64,000 nt of DNA from Alkalispirochaeta sp. (GTDB lineage: Bacteria; Spirochaetota; Spirochaetia; DSM-27196; Alkalispirochaetaceae). Made by a program: the position numbers and the translations under genes. Numbering within the stretch: the first letter of the stretch is position 1; each line of letters opens with the position of its first letter. Positions 9,954-20,015 of this stretch are shown here, piece after piece. Below the pieces are notes generated by a model, which was not told the origin of the DNA, searched no databases, and saw only the letters and a program-made list of their open reading frames with translations. Where the stretch lies: the NCBI GenBank assembly GCA_965601925.1, contig OZ271854.1, positions 2,976,001 through 3,040,000 on the forward strand, written 5' to 3'.

Positions 9954-10094
9954 GGGCGGAGGTCGTAGGTGGACGAACGAATCCTGCACACAGCGGCATG
10001 GTGCCGATGCGAGGAACGCAGCCTCCGGGCTGCCGAGTGATCGACACCGCCGCACGCTCGTCCGTGTCGAGTCACCGCGGACACGATGCTGTCC

Positions 10095-11036
10095 TCAGGG
10101 CACAGCCACCGCGTAGGCGAGGAAGGCGAGGATGCTTACAACGGTTCCGACGGTTACTACGGCGTTCGCGAGCTCTTCGCCCTTCCTATCTCCATAGCTC
10201 CCTACGAAGATCGGGAGAGAAAAGAGCGGCGGCAGAACGAGGAAGGTGAATACTGCGTGGCCGAAGAGTACGGGATCGCTCGTCACGATACGATCGAGAA
10301 CGAGGACCTTGAAGGTGTAGCCGATACCGAACACCAGGGCGAAGCGCGCCAACGTGAAGGCCGTTCCCACCCTGACGGCCTTCCAATCCAAAGACAATCC
10401 GTAGCCGATGACGATGAGGATTAAGGGCGTCGTCGTCGCTGCAAGGAAGCGAGCCGACTCCATAAGTCCGGCGAAGAAGAAGTTGCCGTTGAGGAACTCC
10501 CGCAGTCCTACGGCGTTCGCCGCAAGACCGACGATAATCGCGATGATGAGGGGCGAACGAAGGATGTTCAGAAGCGATCGAGCACTGAAGCCCTCCCTGT
10601 CGTAGTGCAGCATGATCAGGGGATAGTACAGGAACCACACAAAGAGCTCGTGGCCGACACCCATGACGGAAAAGATTCCAAGATTCTCCTCACCGAAGAC
10701 GATCGCAAACAGTGGGATACCGAGAAACCCAAAGGCGAAACCGGTACCGAAAAAGGGGAGGAGCGGCTCGCCGGGGCGCAGGAGGCGCTGTGCGAAGGCC
10801 CCGACGGCAAAGAAGACGACGAGCATCGCAATGACGGCCAGAACGAGATAGAGAAATTCGAGGCGCAGATGGATGTTGAGAAAGGCGAGGAAAAGCACCG
10901 CCGGAAGTCCCAGGTTCATCACGAGCGTCTTCACGCCGTCGATCGCGTTCCGGTCCAGGAGGTGGGTGCGCCTCACGACGACGCCGAGGCCTATCAGCAC
11001 AACGATGGGAATAACGTTCGATACGACTTGCTGCAT
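10095..11036 (-). CDS. AEC (auxin efflux carrier)-family transporter
   Basis: VIPIVVLIGLG...LVMNLGLPAVLF, GFLGIPL...FGEE, SPLIIAI, PLILIVIG, about 10 TM segments. Starts 4 bp after the GH38 stop. Confidence 0.85.
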   Translation of the reverse strand: MQQVVSNVIPIVVLIGLGVVVRRTHLLDRNAIDGVKTLVMNLGLPAVLFLAFLNIHLRLEFLYLVLAVIAMLVVFFAVGAFAQRLLRPGEPLLPFFGTGFAFGFLGIPLFAIVFGEENLGIFSVMGVGHELFVWFLYYPLIMLHYDREGFSARSLLNILRSPLIIAIIVGLAANAVGLREFLNGNFFFAGLMESARFLAATTTPLILIVIGYGLSLDWKAVRVGTAFTLARFALVFGIGYTFKVLVLDRIVTSDPVLFGHAVFTFLVLPPLFSLPIFVGSYGDRKGEELANAVVTVGTVVSILAFLAYAVAVP

Positions 11037-11040
11037 ATAT

Positions 11041-14000
11041 CTACCTCATCAGAAAGCTACGGATTTCGTACGGGCCGAACGCACTATCTCGGAGCGAGGG
11101 GGCGGCTCCACCGGATTCTTTCTCAATGGGTCGCTCGAGAAGGTCCGTCTCGATGAACTGTGAAGGAATGCGATCGGCGTCGACCGAGGCAGTTACCGCC
11201 GAGCCCGTCGCTTCGTAGGCGCGGACAATCAGTCCCTCGCCCGATTCCGCCTCTTTGATCGTTTCGATGACTATCTCCGGGGCGTCGACACTGAAGCTCG
11301 AATGGTGAGCCGGGAGCGCGTCGTCGCCGGGGGGCGCACTCGACCGCTCGTGCACGATGAGAGGCACGTTGTGCTCGTAGCCTCGGCGGTGGACGCCCCC
11401 TTGGGCCCGATCTCCCTCGTGCGGATAGAGTGCGTAGCGAAACTCGTGTTCACCGATATCGCTTTCCGGATCGGGCCGTACGGGGCTTCGAACGAGGGAG
11501 AGGCGTATCGTGCCGTCGTGTATGTCACAACCGTAACTCCCGTCGTTCAGCAGTGCGACGCCGTACCGGGGTTCAGACAGATCGACCCAGTAGTGCATCG
11601 GTACCTCGTATTTGGCCCGCTCCCACGACGTGTTCCGGTGTGTGGCGCGCTCAACCGCGCCGAACGGGGCGTGGGTTTCGGCGCGACGCGACCGCATAGT
11701 CGTTGGAAAAGCGACCTTTAAGAGCTTCCGGTCGTTTTTCCACGTCACCTTCGTCTCGAACTCGATGTGCCGCTCGTGCCGATACAGCCACATCCGTTGC
11801 TCGATTCTCGAATCGAGAACGGTCCAACTCGCCTCCACTACCACGAAGAGGGGACCGGACGAGACGCGCTTCCACGGACGCTCGAGCTCGACGGGAATGG
11901 GGTGCTCATCGATATGATAGGCGATATCCCAGGCGCTGAACTTCTCGCCCGGGTCGTCGTCAAGGACTTGAAAGGCATTCGCCCGCCCCGCTACCACGTC
12001 CCGTCGAGCCTCACGGTCGAACAGCCGTGAGACGGCGCCCCCTTCGTCCCATTCGAGGAGATAGTGGGGAGTCCGAATCGTGCAGCCCTCCATATGCATC
12101 CACGCGTCGTCACCGCCGTCTCGTTCACTGTGATGGAGGCTCACCGTGCTCCAGCCTACCGACGGCACCTCATCGAGACGAATCCACAGCGCTCCGTTGT
12201 GCTCCTGGCACGGGAGGTCCGCGCCGTTCGGACCGCGTGCCGCAAGCTCGTTCGCAGAAAGCCGGTCGAGGGGGAGTGCTATGTAGCCGCTCCGTCGCCA
12301 CGACAAGGAGTTGTACACCACATACGACCGCAACGCGCCGTGTACTCCGCCGACGCGTTCTCCAATCCACGCCGCCGATCGTGTGAGAATGGTTCGACCC
12401 ACCTCGCGAGCTTCGGCGTACGCCGCGTCGATCTGGTCGTGGGCGGCGGGCACGTGGGTTCCCGTGAGCGTGTCGTGAAACTGGTTCAACAGCAAGAGCT
12501 TCCACCCGACGTTGAGCTCATCCTGAAAAGATGGTGCGCCGTGGATGCGACTGAGGCTTCCGATCACTTCGGCGTTTCGATATAGAACCTCGAGGCTACG
12601 GTTTTCCCGCTTGAGGCGCGCGCGACTGGTGTAGGTCCCGCGATGCGTTTCGAGATACAACTCGTCGTCCCATATCGGCAACGCCTCTCTGCGGGCCGAA
12701 AGTCTGTCGAAAAACGAATCGACCGTGTCGATCGACACATCGGGCAGGCCGGGGAAGGATTCGGTCGTGGTACTTGCGGCGACCATTTCGCGGGTCGGAC
12801 CTCCTCCGCCGTCGGCGGGGCCGTATACGAACATCGTATCCGGGACGGTGTAGCGGTGCCGGTAGCGCTTCCAATGGCGGCGGAGATTCGCTATCGAATA
12901 GTCTTGGCCGAAATGCGTGGACGGGAAGTGGGCGATAACCTCGCTTCCGTCCGGCCCTCGCCAACGGAAGCTGTCGTAGGGAAAGTCATTCGTGTCGTTC
13001 CAGATGTTGAGCTTCACGGTCGAGAAGTACTCGATACCGCTCTTCTTGAGGATTTGCGGGAGTGTATGCATCACGCCGAAGACGTCGGGGAGCCAGCATG
13101 TTCTGGCCTCGACGCCGAACGCTTCATGGAAGAAGCGCTGTCCGAACAGGATGTGCCGAATGAGGCTCTCCGAACCCGGTAGGTTGCCGTCGGGCTCGAT
13201 ATACATGGCGCCTACCGGCTCCCAGCGCCCCTCGGCGACGCGCATGCGCACCTCGTCGAAGAGTTCGGGACAGTCCCGTTTAAGCTGTTCGTAGAGCCAC
13301 GGCTGACTCCAGCTGAACTTGTAATCCGGAAACTCGCGCATGAGGCTGAGCTGGTTGGCCACACTACGACAGTTTTTGCGAAACGTCTCCTTGAGGGGCC
13401 ACAGATACACCAAGTCGAGATGGGAGTGGGCGCAGACCGATATGTGGCCCGGGACGCGAAAGAAATGACCATCGGCGGTAAAGGAACGAAGCGCGGCGTG
13501 AGCCCGTTCTATCTCCTCGAAGTCGATACGGTCGAGGAGCGTCGGCGGTCCGAGTCGGGCGATACTCTGCTCCAGGGCGTGGAGCAGGAGCTCTTCGAGT
13601 TCTCCGTCGGCGTCGTCGTCCCAAAAGGACTCGTAGGCGCCGTAGGCGAGCTCGGCGTCGCGAAGATAGGCCTCGAGGCGGCGATCGATGCGGGCGATAC
13701 GGGCGCGACGAAACTCGTGGATGTTCCGCTCGTCGCCGCGCCTATAGTCGTACGGGTAGTTGATGATGAAGGCTTCAATCTCGATCGTAATCGCCTCGGC
13801 GCGCTCCTTGAGGCCGTGGAGGGGCACGACGCTCCGGTTCCAATCGAGGCCCTGCCACGCCCGGCCGTTCAGTCGTACCAACGCCTCCCCTCCATCCAAA
13901 TCGATATCGAGCACGGCATCGTCGCCGCGATGGGTGGATGGCACGGTCACGGCGGTGCGAAAGAAACAGGTAGTATCCTCGCCACCCCACGTTTCTCCCA

Positions 14001-14196
14001 CGTCGATGGGCGACCAACCCGCATCAACGTGACGGTAGTCCCCGGGGGCGACGTAGCGCGCCCGTCGGTGCTCCCAGTTCGGGATGTCCACCGGGTCGAC
14101 AAGCACCCGTTGTTGCAGTCGATCGAGCACCCGGCGAATGCGGTGAATCGGAAGGTCTGCGCTCCGCTCGGGGTCTATCGGTTTTCGTCTCGCCAT
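11041..14196 (-). CDS. GH38 alpha-mannosidase
   Basis: HSHLDLVYLW Zn motif, WLPDVFG nucleophile, DGGGGPT, ELYLETHRGTYTS, LLNQFHDTL. Confidence 0.95.
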   Translation of the reverse strand: MARRKPIDPERSADLPIHRIRRVLDRLQQRVLVDPVDIPNWEHRRARYVAPGDYRHVDAGWSPIDVGETWGGEDTTCFFRTAVTVPSTHRGDDAVLDIDLDGGEALVRLNGRAWQGLDWNRSVVPLHGLKERAEAITIEIEAFIINYPYDYRRGDERNIHEFRRARIARIDRRLEAYLRDAELAYGAYESFWDDDADGELEELLLHALEQSIARLGPPTLLDRIDFEEIERAHAALRSFTADGHFFRVPGHISVCAHSHLDLVYLWPLKETFRKNCRSVANQLSLMREFPDYKFSWSQPWLYEQLKRDCPELFDEVRMRVAEGRWEPVGAMYIEPDGNLPGSESLIRHILFGQRFFHEAFGVEARTCWLPDVFGVMHTLPQILKKSGIEYFSTVKLNIWNDTNDFPYDSFRWRGPDGSEVIAHFPSTHFGQDYSIANLRRHWKRYRHRYTVPDTMFVYGPADGGGGPTREMVAASTTTESFPGLPDVSIDTVDSFFDRLSARREALPIWDDELYLETHRGTYTSRARLKRENRSLEVLYRNAEVIGSLSRIHGAPSFQDELNVGWKLLLLNQFHDTLTGTHVPAAHDQIDAAYAEAREVGRTILTRSAAWIGERVGGVHGALRSYVVYNSLSWRRSGYIALPLDRLSANELAARGPNGADLPCQEHNGALWIRLDEVPSVGWSTVSLHHSERDGGDDAWMHMEGCTIRTPHYLLEWDEGGAVSRLFDREARRDVVAGRANAFQVLDDDPGEKFSAWDIAYHIDEHPIPVELERPWKRVSSGPLFVVVEASWTVLDSRIEQRMWLYRHERHIEFETKVTWKNDRKLLKVAFPTTMRSRRAETHAPFGAVERATHRNTSWERAKYEVPMHYWVDLSEPRYGVALLNDGSYGCDIHDGTIRLSLVRSPVRPDPESDIGEHEFRYALYPHEGDRAQGGVHRRGYEHNVPLIVHERSSAPPGDDALPAHHSSFSVDAPEIVIETIKEAESGEGLIVRAYEATGSAVTASVDADRIPSQFIETDLLERPIEKESGGAAPSLRDSAFGPYEIRSFLMR

Positions 14197-14203
14197 GGAG
14201 TCC

Positions 14204-15118
14204 TCACTGTTTGACGGCGCCGCTCGTTAGGCCGGCGATGAAGTAGCGTTGAAAGACGGTGAACAAGAGGAGTACGGGAATGCTGGCCAGGATTGAGGCG
14301 GCGGCGATGAGATGCCACGACCCGCTGCCGTACTCACCGAAAAAGTTGTACAGGCCGACGGTGTAGGGCAGCGTTTCCCGTCCGCGGCTGAGAGCGAGGA
14401 CGAGCATGAACTCGTTCCAGGCCCGGGTGAAGGCGAAGATAGCCGCCGTAGCCAGGCCCGGCGACGCCAGAGGAAGCATGATGCTCGCGAAGATGCGCAG
14501 ATGGCCGGCGCCGTCGATGCGCGCCGATTCCATGAGTCCTGTCGGCATGGAGGAGAAATAGCCCATCATGAGCCACGTGCTGAAGGGCGTCACAAAGACG
14601 ATCATCGCGAGCGAGAGGCCGGCAAAACTGAAGGCGAGGCCGAAACTTGCGAGGACCAAAAAGAGGGGCACGATCATCAGCACGATAGGAATCTGCTGCG
14701 CCAACAGGACGAAGACGCGGAAGAAGCCGCGCAGAGGAAAGTGGTAGAGGGCGAGGACGTAGCCCGCCATGGTACTGATGAGCAGGGAGACGACGGTGGT
14801 GACGACGGCGAGGCGAAAACTGTTCCAAAAGGGGCGAACTCCGGGGGGTAACGCCGGCCCCTCGACGGAGAGGCGTCCGATACCGATCGGAGGACGAAAC
14901 TCCTCTCCGCCGCCGAAGCCGCGATCCTGGAGGACACGTCCGAAGTTCTCAAGAGTGAATGTCTCGGGAATAATCGACGGCGGATAGGTTGCCGCCTCTT
15001 CCGGCGTCTTAACCGACGCGCCGACCATCCACAAGAGGGGCGCGATCGAGAACAAGAGCCAGCCCACGATGACCACATACGAGAAGATCTTCCATGGGAG
15101 GGGTGAACGGCCGGTCAT
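14204..15118 (-). CDS. Carbohydrate ABC transporter permease (MalG-like)
   Basis: ESARIDGA EAA loop and AWNEF. ATG at 15118 follows AAGGAG. Confidence 0.9.
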   Translation of the reverse strand: MTGRSPLPWKIFSYVVIVGWLLFSIAPLLWMVGASVKTPEEAATYPPSIIPETFTLENFGRVLQDRGFGGGEEFRPPIGIGRLSVEGPALPPGVRPFWNSFRLAVVTTVVSLLISTMAGYVLALYHFPLRGFFRVFVLLAQQIPIVLMIVPLFLVLASFGLAFSFAGLSLAMIVFVTPFSTWLMMGYFSSMPTGLMESARIDGAGHLRIFASIMLPLASPGLATAAIFAFTRAWNEFMLVLALSRGRETLPYTVGLYNFFGEYGSGSWHLIAAASILASIPVLLLFTVFQRYFIAGLTSGAVKQ

Positions 15119-15141
15119 ACGGGTACTCCTTTCTGCGAGGA

Positions 15142-16044
15142 TCAGTTCTTCTCGCGAAACCATCGAAGAAATACGAAGGTGAGGGCCAGGTTGAATGCCA
15201 ACAGCACCATCGAGATAGCGGCGCCGTATCCGAAGCGGCCCAGGATGAAGGCCTGTTCGTACATGTAGAGTCCCACGACGGAGCTGTTATGGAGCGGTCC
15301 GCCGCCGGTCATGATAAAAATCAGGTCGAAGACGTTGAGTGTCGACATCGTGGCGTACAGGATGTTCAGAAGCGTAAAACGCCGTAGCATCGGCACCGTG
15401 ATACGCGTGATCTTTTGCCAAATCGAGGCCCCGTCGATGGACGCCGCCTCGTAGAGCTGATCGGGGATGCTCTGGAGCCCCGAGGATTGCACAAGCATCG
15501 AGAATGCCGTGCCGCGCCACACATTGGCGACGACAATCGCCGGGATGACCAAGACGCGACTCGTCAAAAGCGACACCGGCTCCATGCCGATATGCAAGAG
15601 GAGTCGATTGATGAGGCCCACGCGACTGTCGTAGATGAAGACCCACGAGTAGGCGACGACGACGTTCGCGACGACCCACGGCAGGAGGACGAGGGAGCGC
15701 ATAAGGCGGCGGCCGACGATGAAGCGTTGGTTCAGCAAAATCGCGAGGGCCGTGCCGAAGAGAACTTGGAGGCTCACCGAGCCTGCAACGAAGACGATCG
15801 TGTTCGGCACGACTTTTTGCCAGAAGGTGGAGTCTCCCAAGAGTTCGGAGTAGTTTTCAAGCCACACGAAGGGCGAGGGCCGCCCGCCGGCGAGTCTCGC
15901 GAGGCTGATGTCCTGCATGCTCCAGAGTGTTCCGCGCGCCAGGGGGTAGAACATCAGCATGACGTACAAGACCACGAGGGGAAGCAGGAACATATAGGCA
16001 AAGGAGACCTGTCGGAATCGATCGCCGAGGACCAATTTTTTCAT
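15142..16044 (-). CDS. Carbohydrate ABC transporter permease (MalF-like)
   Basis: LYEAASIDGA loop, LLPWVV, MTGGGP, FGYGAAIS. ATG at 16044 follows GGAG. Confidence 0.9.
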   Translation of the reverse strand: MKKLVLGDRFRQVSFAYMFLLPLVVLYVMLMFYPLARGTLWSMQDISLARLAGGRPSPFVWLENYSELLGDSTFWQKVVPNTIVFVAGSVSLQVLFGTALAILLNQRFIVGRRLMRSLVLLPWVVANVVVAYSWVFIYDSRVGLINRLLLHIGMEPVSLLTSRVLVIPAIVVANVWRGTAFSMLVQSSGLQSIPDQLYEAASIDGASIWQKITRITVPMLRRFTLLNILYATMSTLNVFDLIFIMTGGGPLHNSSVVGLYMYEQAFILGRFGYGAAISMVLLAFNLALTFVFLRWFREKN

Positions 16045-16069
16045 GTCGATTATCTCCGTAGTACAAAGA

Positions 16070-16098
16070 GTGTCCCCGAGTATCGCCTTCGGGGACAC
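16070..16098 (-). other. Stem-loop between the SBP and permease genes (differential mRNA stability or partial terminator)
   Basis: Perfect 10-bp inverted repeat GTGTCCCCGA-N9-TCGGGGACAC. Confidence 0.55.
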
Positions 16099-16115
16099 GA
16101 AACGGAACGGCGCAC

Positions 16116-17402
16116 CTATCGGATGCGGGCGCCGACCTCCTCGGCCGCGGCATCCAACGCCTCCTCGACTCCCCGTTCACCGACCATGATCGATTGCAGG
16201 GCCGTCTGGAGGGCCGAGCTGATCTGAGGATACTCGGGAGTAGCCGGCCGAGTGCGCGCCATGGGCAGTATCTCTTCGATCACCGGATAGAAGGGGATGG
16301 CCTCGGTGAAGCCCGAATCACCGGCCAAACTTACGCGAACCGGGACGTAGCCGCGGGAGATAGCCCACGTCCTATGGTTTTGCGCATTCATGGCGATCGA
16401 GATAAACTCCCACGCCAAGTCGGCGTTTTGCGCCCCCGACGGAATCGCGACGGTCCATCCGCCGGCGCCCGAGGGACTCACCGAACCGTCGGGGCTCGGT
16501 ACGAAGGAGACGCCGAAGGTGTCGTTGAACTCCTCGACCGTGGTGACACCCGCCTCCCGCGCGAAGTTAAAGAACCACGACCCGACGACGCCCATGGCGT
16601 ATGCGCCGGAGGCGACGGCTCGATCGTTGTCGTCCGCCGACGCGCTGAGCACATCTACGGGAGTAACGCCCGCCTCGATAAGATCGCGATAGAAGGTCGC
16701 GGCCCGCACACCCGCCTCACCGTTGAAGGCGACCCGACCCTCGGCGTCGAGAATTTCTCCTCCGGCGCCCCAGAGGAAGGAGTACCAGCGATGGGCCAGG
16801 TGTTCCGAGCTTCCGCCGGGGACCATCATGCCGTACACGCCGGGGGGGTCGTTGACCGCTTGGGCCGCCGCGAGCAGCTCGTCCCAGGTTTGCGGGCCTC
16901 GGTCGGGATCGAGCCCGGCGCGCTCGAATGCCGCGCGGTTCCAAACGAAGACGCGCAAATCGGTGTTCATGAAGACGGAGTAGGGAACGCCGTCCCAGGA
17001 TCCGGCCTCTCGGAAGTTCGGGAGAATGTCGTTCCAACCGTCCCAGCCGTCGACATAGGGAGTCAGCGGAGCCAGAAGTCCCGCGTCGACCATTTCACCG
17101 ATCGCATTTGAATCGACCATAACGACGTCCGGCGACTCTCCCGCTGCGGCTGAGTTAAGGAACTTCGATTTGACGTTGCCTCCGCCCTGTTGGACATCGA
17201 ATACTACGGTGAGGTTCGGATAGCGCGCCTCGATCTCCCGTTTCGCCGCCTCAAAGGGCGAATCGTCCGCCCCGACCGTCCAGTGGCCGACGAGCACATT
17301 GAGTTCCACGTCCTCCGTCCCCGTATCGGCGGCTCCGCCCGCCCACAGGGATGCAACCAGTAGTACCATGAGTGTCAAAGCAAGTATCGATCTACGAATC
17401 AT
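16116..17402 (-). CDS. Sugar ABC transporter solute-binding protein
   Basis: Signal peptide MIRRSILALTLMVLLVASLWAGG, PDVVMVD, PQTWDEL, GGWTVAI, ARTRP. AAGGAGG SD. Confidence 0.9.
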   Translation of the reverse strand: MIRRSILALTLMVLLVASLWAGGAADTGTEDVELNVLVGHWTVGADDSPFEAAKREIEARYPNLTVVFDVQQGGGNVKSKFLNSAAAGESPDVVMVDSNAIGEMVDAGLLAPLTPYVDGWDGWNDILPNFREAGSWDGVPYSVFMNTDLRVFVWNRAAFERAGLDPDRGPQTWDELLAAAQAVNDPPGVYGMMVPGGSSEHLAHRWYSFLWGAGGEILDAEGRVAFNGEAGVRAATFYRDLIEAGVTPVDVLSASADDNDRAVASGAYAMGVVGSWFFNFAREAGVTTVEEFNDTFGVSFVPSPDGSVSPSGAGGWTVAIPSGAQNADLAWEFISIAMNAQNHRTWAISRGYVPVRVSLAGDSGFTEAIPFYPVIEEILPMARTRPATPEYPQISSALQTALQSIMVGERGVEEALDAAAEEVGARIR

Positions 17403-17432
17403 GGATTGGCCTCCTTACAAACGATTTAGGAA

Positions 17433-17572
17433 AGCATATCATTACATATCAATCATGTAAAATAATTCGCGGATTATTTTTATATGCTTATTATATATGT
17501 TTTTAAGTGAGGGAAAGAAATTGTTATTTTGTTATATCAAAACTTGACCGACATCCCGTTTCGATCTATTAT
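17433..17572. promoter_or_regulatory. AT-rich divergent control region: SBP promoter (minus), regulator promoter (plus) and candidate GntR-type operators
   Basis: Minus strand: TTTACA-N17-TATGCT with TG extension (17433-17461). Plus strand: TTGACC-N17-TATTAT (17544-17572). Inverted repeats TTACAT-N7-ATGTAA (17442-17460), AAAATAAT-N6-ATTATTTT (17459-17480) and near-palindrome TTGTTATATCAA (17529-17540). Confidence 0.6.
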
Positions 17573-17578
17573 GACGAT

Positions 17579-18697
17579 ATGGCAGGACCGACGCCGCTAT
17601 ACCGCGTGATTTACGACGACTTGCTGGTGAAGATTCGAGACGGCGTCTATCGCGCCGGTGACCGTATACCGACGGAGCACCAATGGGCGGAGCAGTTCGG
17701 CGTGAGTCGTATCACCTCCAAAAGGGCCCTCGACATGGCGGCGGAGATGGGACTCATCAAGAAGTTCCCCAAGAAAGGGTCCTTCATCGCCGAGGATGCG
17801 ATTCGCGTGCTCAATCGTACGAGCCCCGTTGACCGAAAGATCGTCGGCATCATCCAACCTGACCTCTCGGACTCCTTCGGCCTCGAAGTCTTTCGGGAGC
17901 TCCAGCGCCTCGCCCAAGAACACGGCATGCTTACCACTACCGGGCTCTCGAGTGACGACAGCAACGTCGAACAATCCCTTATTGCGAGCTTTATCGACTT
18001 CGGCGTCGACGCCCTCGTCATCAAACCGGTCCACAACGAGACCTTCAACAACCAAGTATTGCAGCTCATTATCGACGACTACCCGGTTGTACTCATCGAT
18101 CGTTATCTCAAGGATGTTTCGTGCCCTCACGTCGTATCGAACAATCATCAAGGGGCCGTCGACGGCATGAATTATCTCTACTCTCTGGGCCACACCGATA
18201 TAGCCGTCATGTCGCGGCCAATCGGCGCGACGACGACCCTCGTGGAACGGAAAGCGGGTATTATGGACGCGATCGTACGGCAGGGTCGACGGTTTCGTCC
18301 CGAGTGGATGCTTACCGACCTCCAAGCGCTCGACGTACGTGACGGCCGTTCGTTCGACGAGGCAAAGAAGCGCGTGAAGTCGTTTCTCGTCAAGCACCGC
18401 GAGATAACGGCGGTGTTCGCGCTCAAGTACGTGCTCGTGCCGGTCATAGAAGAGGCGGCTTTTGAACTGGGCCTTTCCATTCCCGAAGACCTCTCGGTAC
18501 TGTGCTTCGACGCTCCGGCACATCTTCTCAACCATATCAAACCCATTACTCATATCAGGCAAAATGAACCGGAGATCGCCTCGCGGGTCTTTGACTCGAT
18601 TCTGAAACGCCTCGAAGGAGCATCGGCGGAAGCTGCCCAGAGTGTCGACGTCGAGCTGGTTATCGGGAGGACTACCGACGTTCCGCGCCGAGCCTGA
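17579..18697 (+). CDS. GntR-HTH / LacI-type chimeric regulator of the GH38 locus
   Basis: PLYRVIYDDL...GDRIPTE...FGVSRITSKRAL HTH, PVVLIDR, IPEDLSVLCFD. Confidence 0.9.
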   Translation: MAGPTPLYRVIYDDLLVKIRDGVYRAGDRIPTEHQWAEQFGVSRITSKRALDMAAEMGLIKKFPKKGSFIAEDAIRVLNRTSPVDRKIVGIIQPDLSDSFGLEVFRELQRLAQEHGMLTTTGLSSDDSNVEQSLIASFIDFGVDALVIKPVHNETFNNQVLQLIIDDYPVVLIDRYLKDVSCPHVVSNNHQGAVDGMNYLYSLGHTDIAVMSRPIGATTTLVERKAGIMDAIVRQGRRFRPEWMLTDLQALDVRDGRSFDEAKKRVKSFLVKHREITAVFALKYVLVPVIEEAAFELGLSIPEDLSVLCFDAPAHLLNHIKPITHIRQNEPEIASRVFDSILKRLEGASAEAAQSVDVELVIGRTTDVPRRA

Positions 18698-18851
18698 GCG
18701 GTACGGCGCCCTCGGCGCGGGGTGATTTCGCGCACCGGGCGTGCGGAAGAGGCGGCGCCGTGCGATATGCCCGAGCGGGAAGTTGGAACCGGAACCCGAC
18801 CTTCTCACCATCCTACCCATTTTCTATAGACGGCGATACAATGAGGGGATC

Positions 18852-19979
18852 ATGCACTACCACGTGGCTATCGATATCGGTGCCGGCCAAAGCACGAAAG
18901 TGGCGATCTGTCCCACTCCGCATGATATCCTCGTAGAGGACGAACTGCCGATCGGCCGATACGGAAGCAATTTCGAAGAGTATAGTGTCGCTCTGGGAAA
19001 ACTCATAGAGGCCGCCGTCCGTCGCGCCGGCGCTACTGTGGATACGATGTTGGGTATCGGCGTAGCCACCGCTGGTATCCTCGCCTCCGACGGCGCGTTT
19101 ATCTTGGTCGCCAACATTCCCTTTCTCAAGGGACACAACTTAAAGGTGTGGCTGGAGACGCAGTTCGACGTTCCGGTCGGAATCGATAACGACGCCAACG
19201 CCGGCGGACTTGCGGAGTGGAGTGTTCTCAATGTCGAGTTGCTCTATTGGGTCTTCGGCGGCGGCTGGGGCGGGGCGTGGATTTCCGGGGACGGTGCGGT
19301 CAGGTTTCCCGCCCTCGACTGGGACGGCGACGACGCCTCGCTCCACCCGACCAACGAGCCGGGCTATTCTATCCCGCTGAGCAAAATGATGTTGCGCCAG
19401 GTCTTTCTCGAGGTCAACGGGAGTTATGAGCGATTCGAGTACGATCTGTTGGAAGAGTTCGACGGCGATCGGAGTGCGCTCCTCGGTCCGGCGGGAGATC
19501 CCGACAGCTTGCGCGCCGAGGTGATACTGAGTGGTCCCGGAAGACGACGACTCTTTCGCACCATGGTAGGAGAGAACGACTTTTATGAGCGTTTTCTCGA
19601 TATGCACGAGTTGGATCAAATGGCCGACCCTACCCGCGCCGGTGAGTACATAAGTAAACTTTCAAGTATGCGCGTCGAGGCGGCTACCAACACCGATCGT
19701 CTTTACGGAAAGATTCTCGCCCACGCGACCCGGACGATGATCAAACGCGCCGCGGCCGACGGTCTTCCCGACGGGGTGCCGATCTGCCTCGGCGGCAAAC
19801 CGAGTTATGCGCTGCCCTATTTCGGGCCCAGTACGCAACGATTTCTCGGTAAGTTCGGCATGCTCAATTATCTCAGGCCGAGCGTCATCGACGAGCGGGG
19901 CCTCAACGCGAACGTGGTCGGCGCGGCGGTACTCTCCCAAAAAGCGGTCGCCGCGGTGCGTGCGCAACCGGCCCTCTAG
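18852..19979 (+). CDS. ROK-family protein (sugar kinase-like, atypical)
   Basis: AIDIG phosphate loop, IGVATAG, IDNDANAGGLAEW, ANVVGAA. Lacks the CxCGxxGC zinc motif. Confidence 0.75.
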   Translation: MHYHVAIDIGAGQSTKVAICPTPHDILVEDELPIGRYGSNFEEYSVALGKLIEAAVRRAGATVDTMLGIGVATAGILASDGAFILVANIPFLKGHNLKVWLETQFDVPVGIDNDANAGGLAEWSVLNVELLYWVFGGGWGGAWISGDGAVRFPALDWDGDDASLHPTNEPGYSIPLSKMMLRQVFLEVNGSYERFEYDLLEEFDGDRSALLGPAGDPDSLRAEVILSGPGRRRLFRTMVGENDFYERFLDMHELDQMADPTRAGEYISKLSSMRVEAATNTDRLYGKILAHATRTMIKRAAADGLPDGVPICLGGKPSYALPYFGPSTQRFLGKFGMLNYLRPSVIDERGLNANVVGAAVLSQKAVAAVRAQPAL

Positions 19980-20015
19980 CGACTCGATACTGTCCTCCGA
20001 CTATACTGCTCCTCT

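Noticed and set aside
9954..10094. Terminator or small RNA between convergent operons
   Set aside because: Short hairpins without U-tracts give insufficient support.
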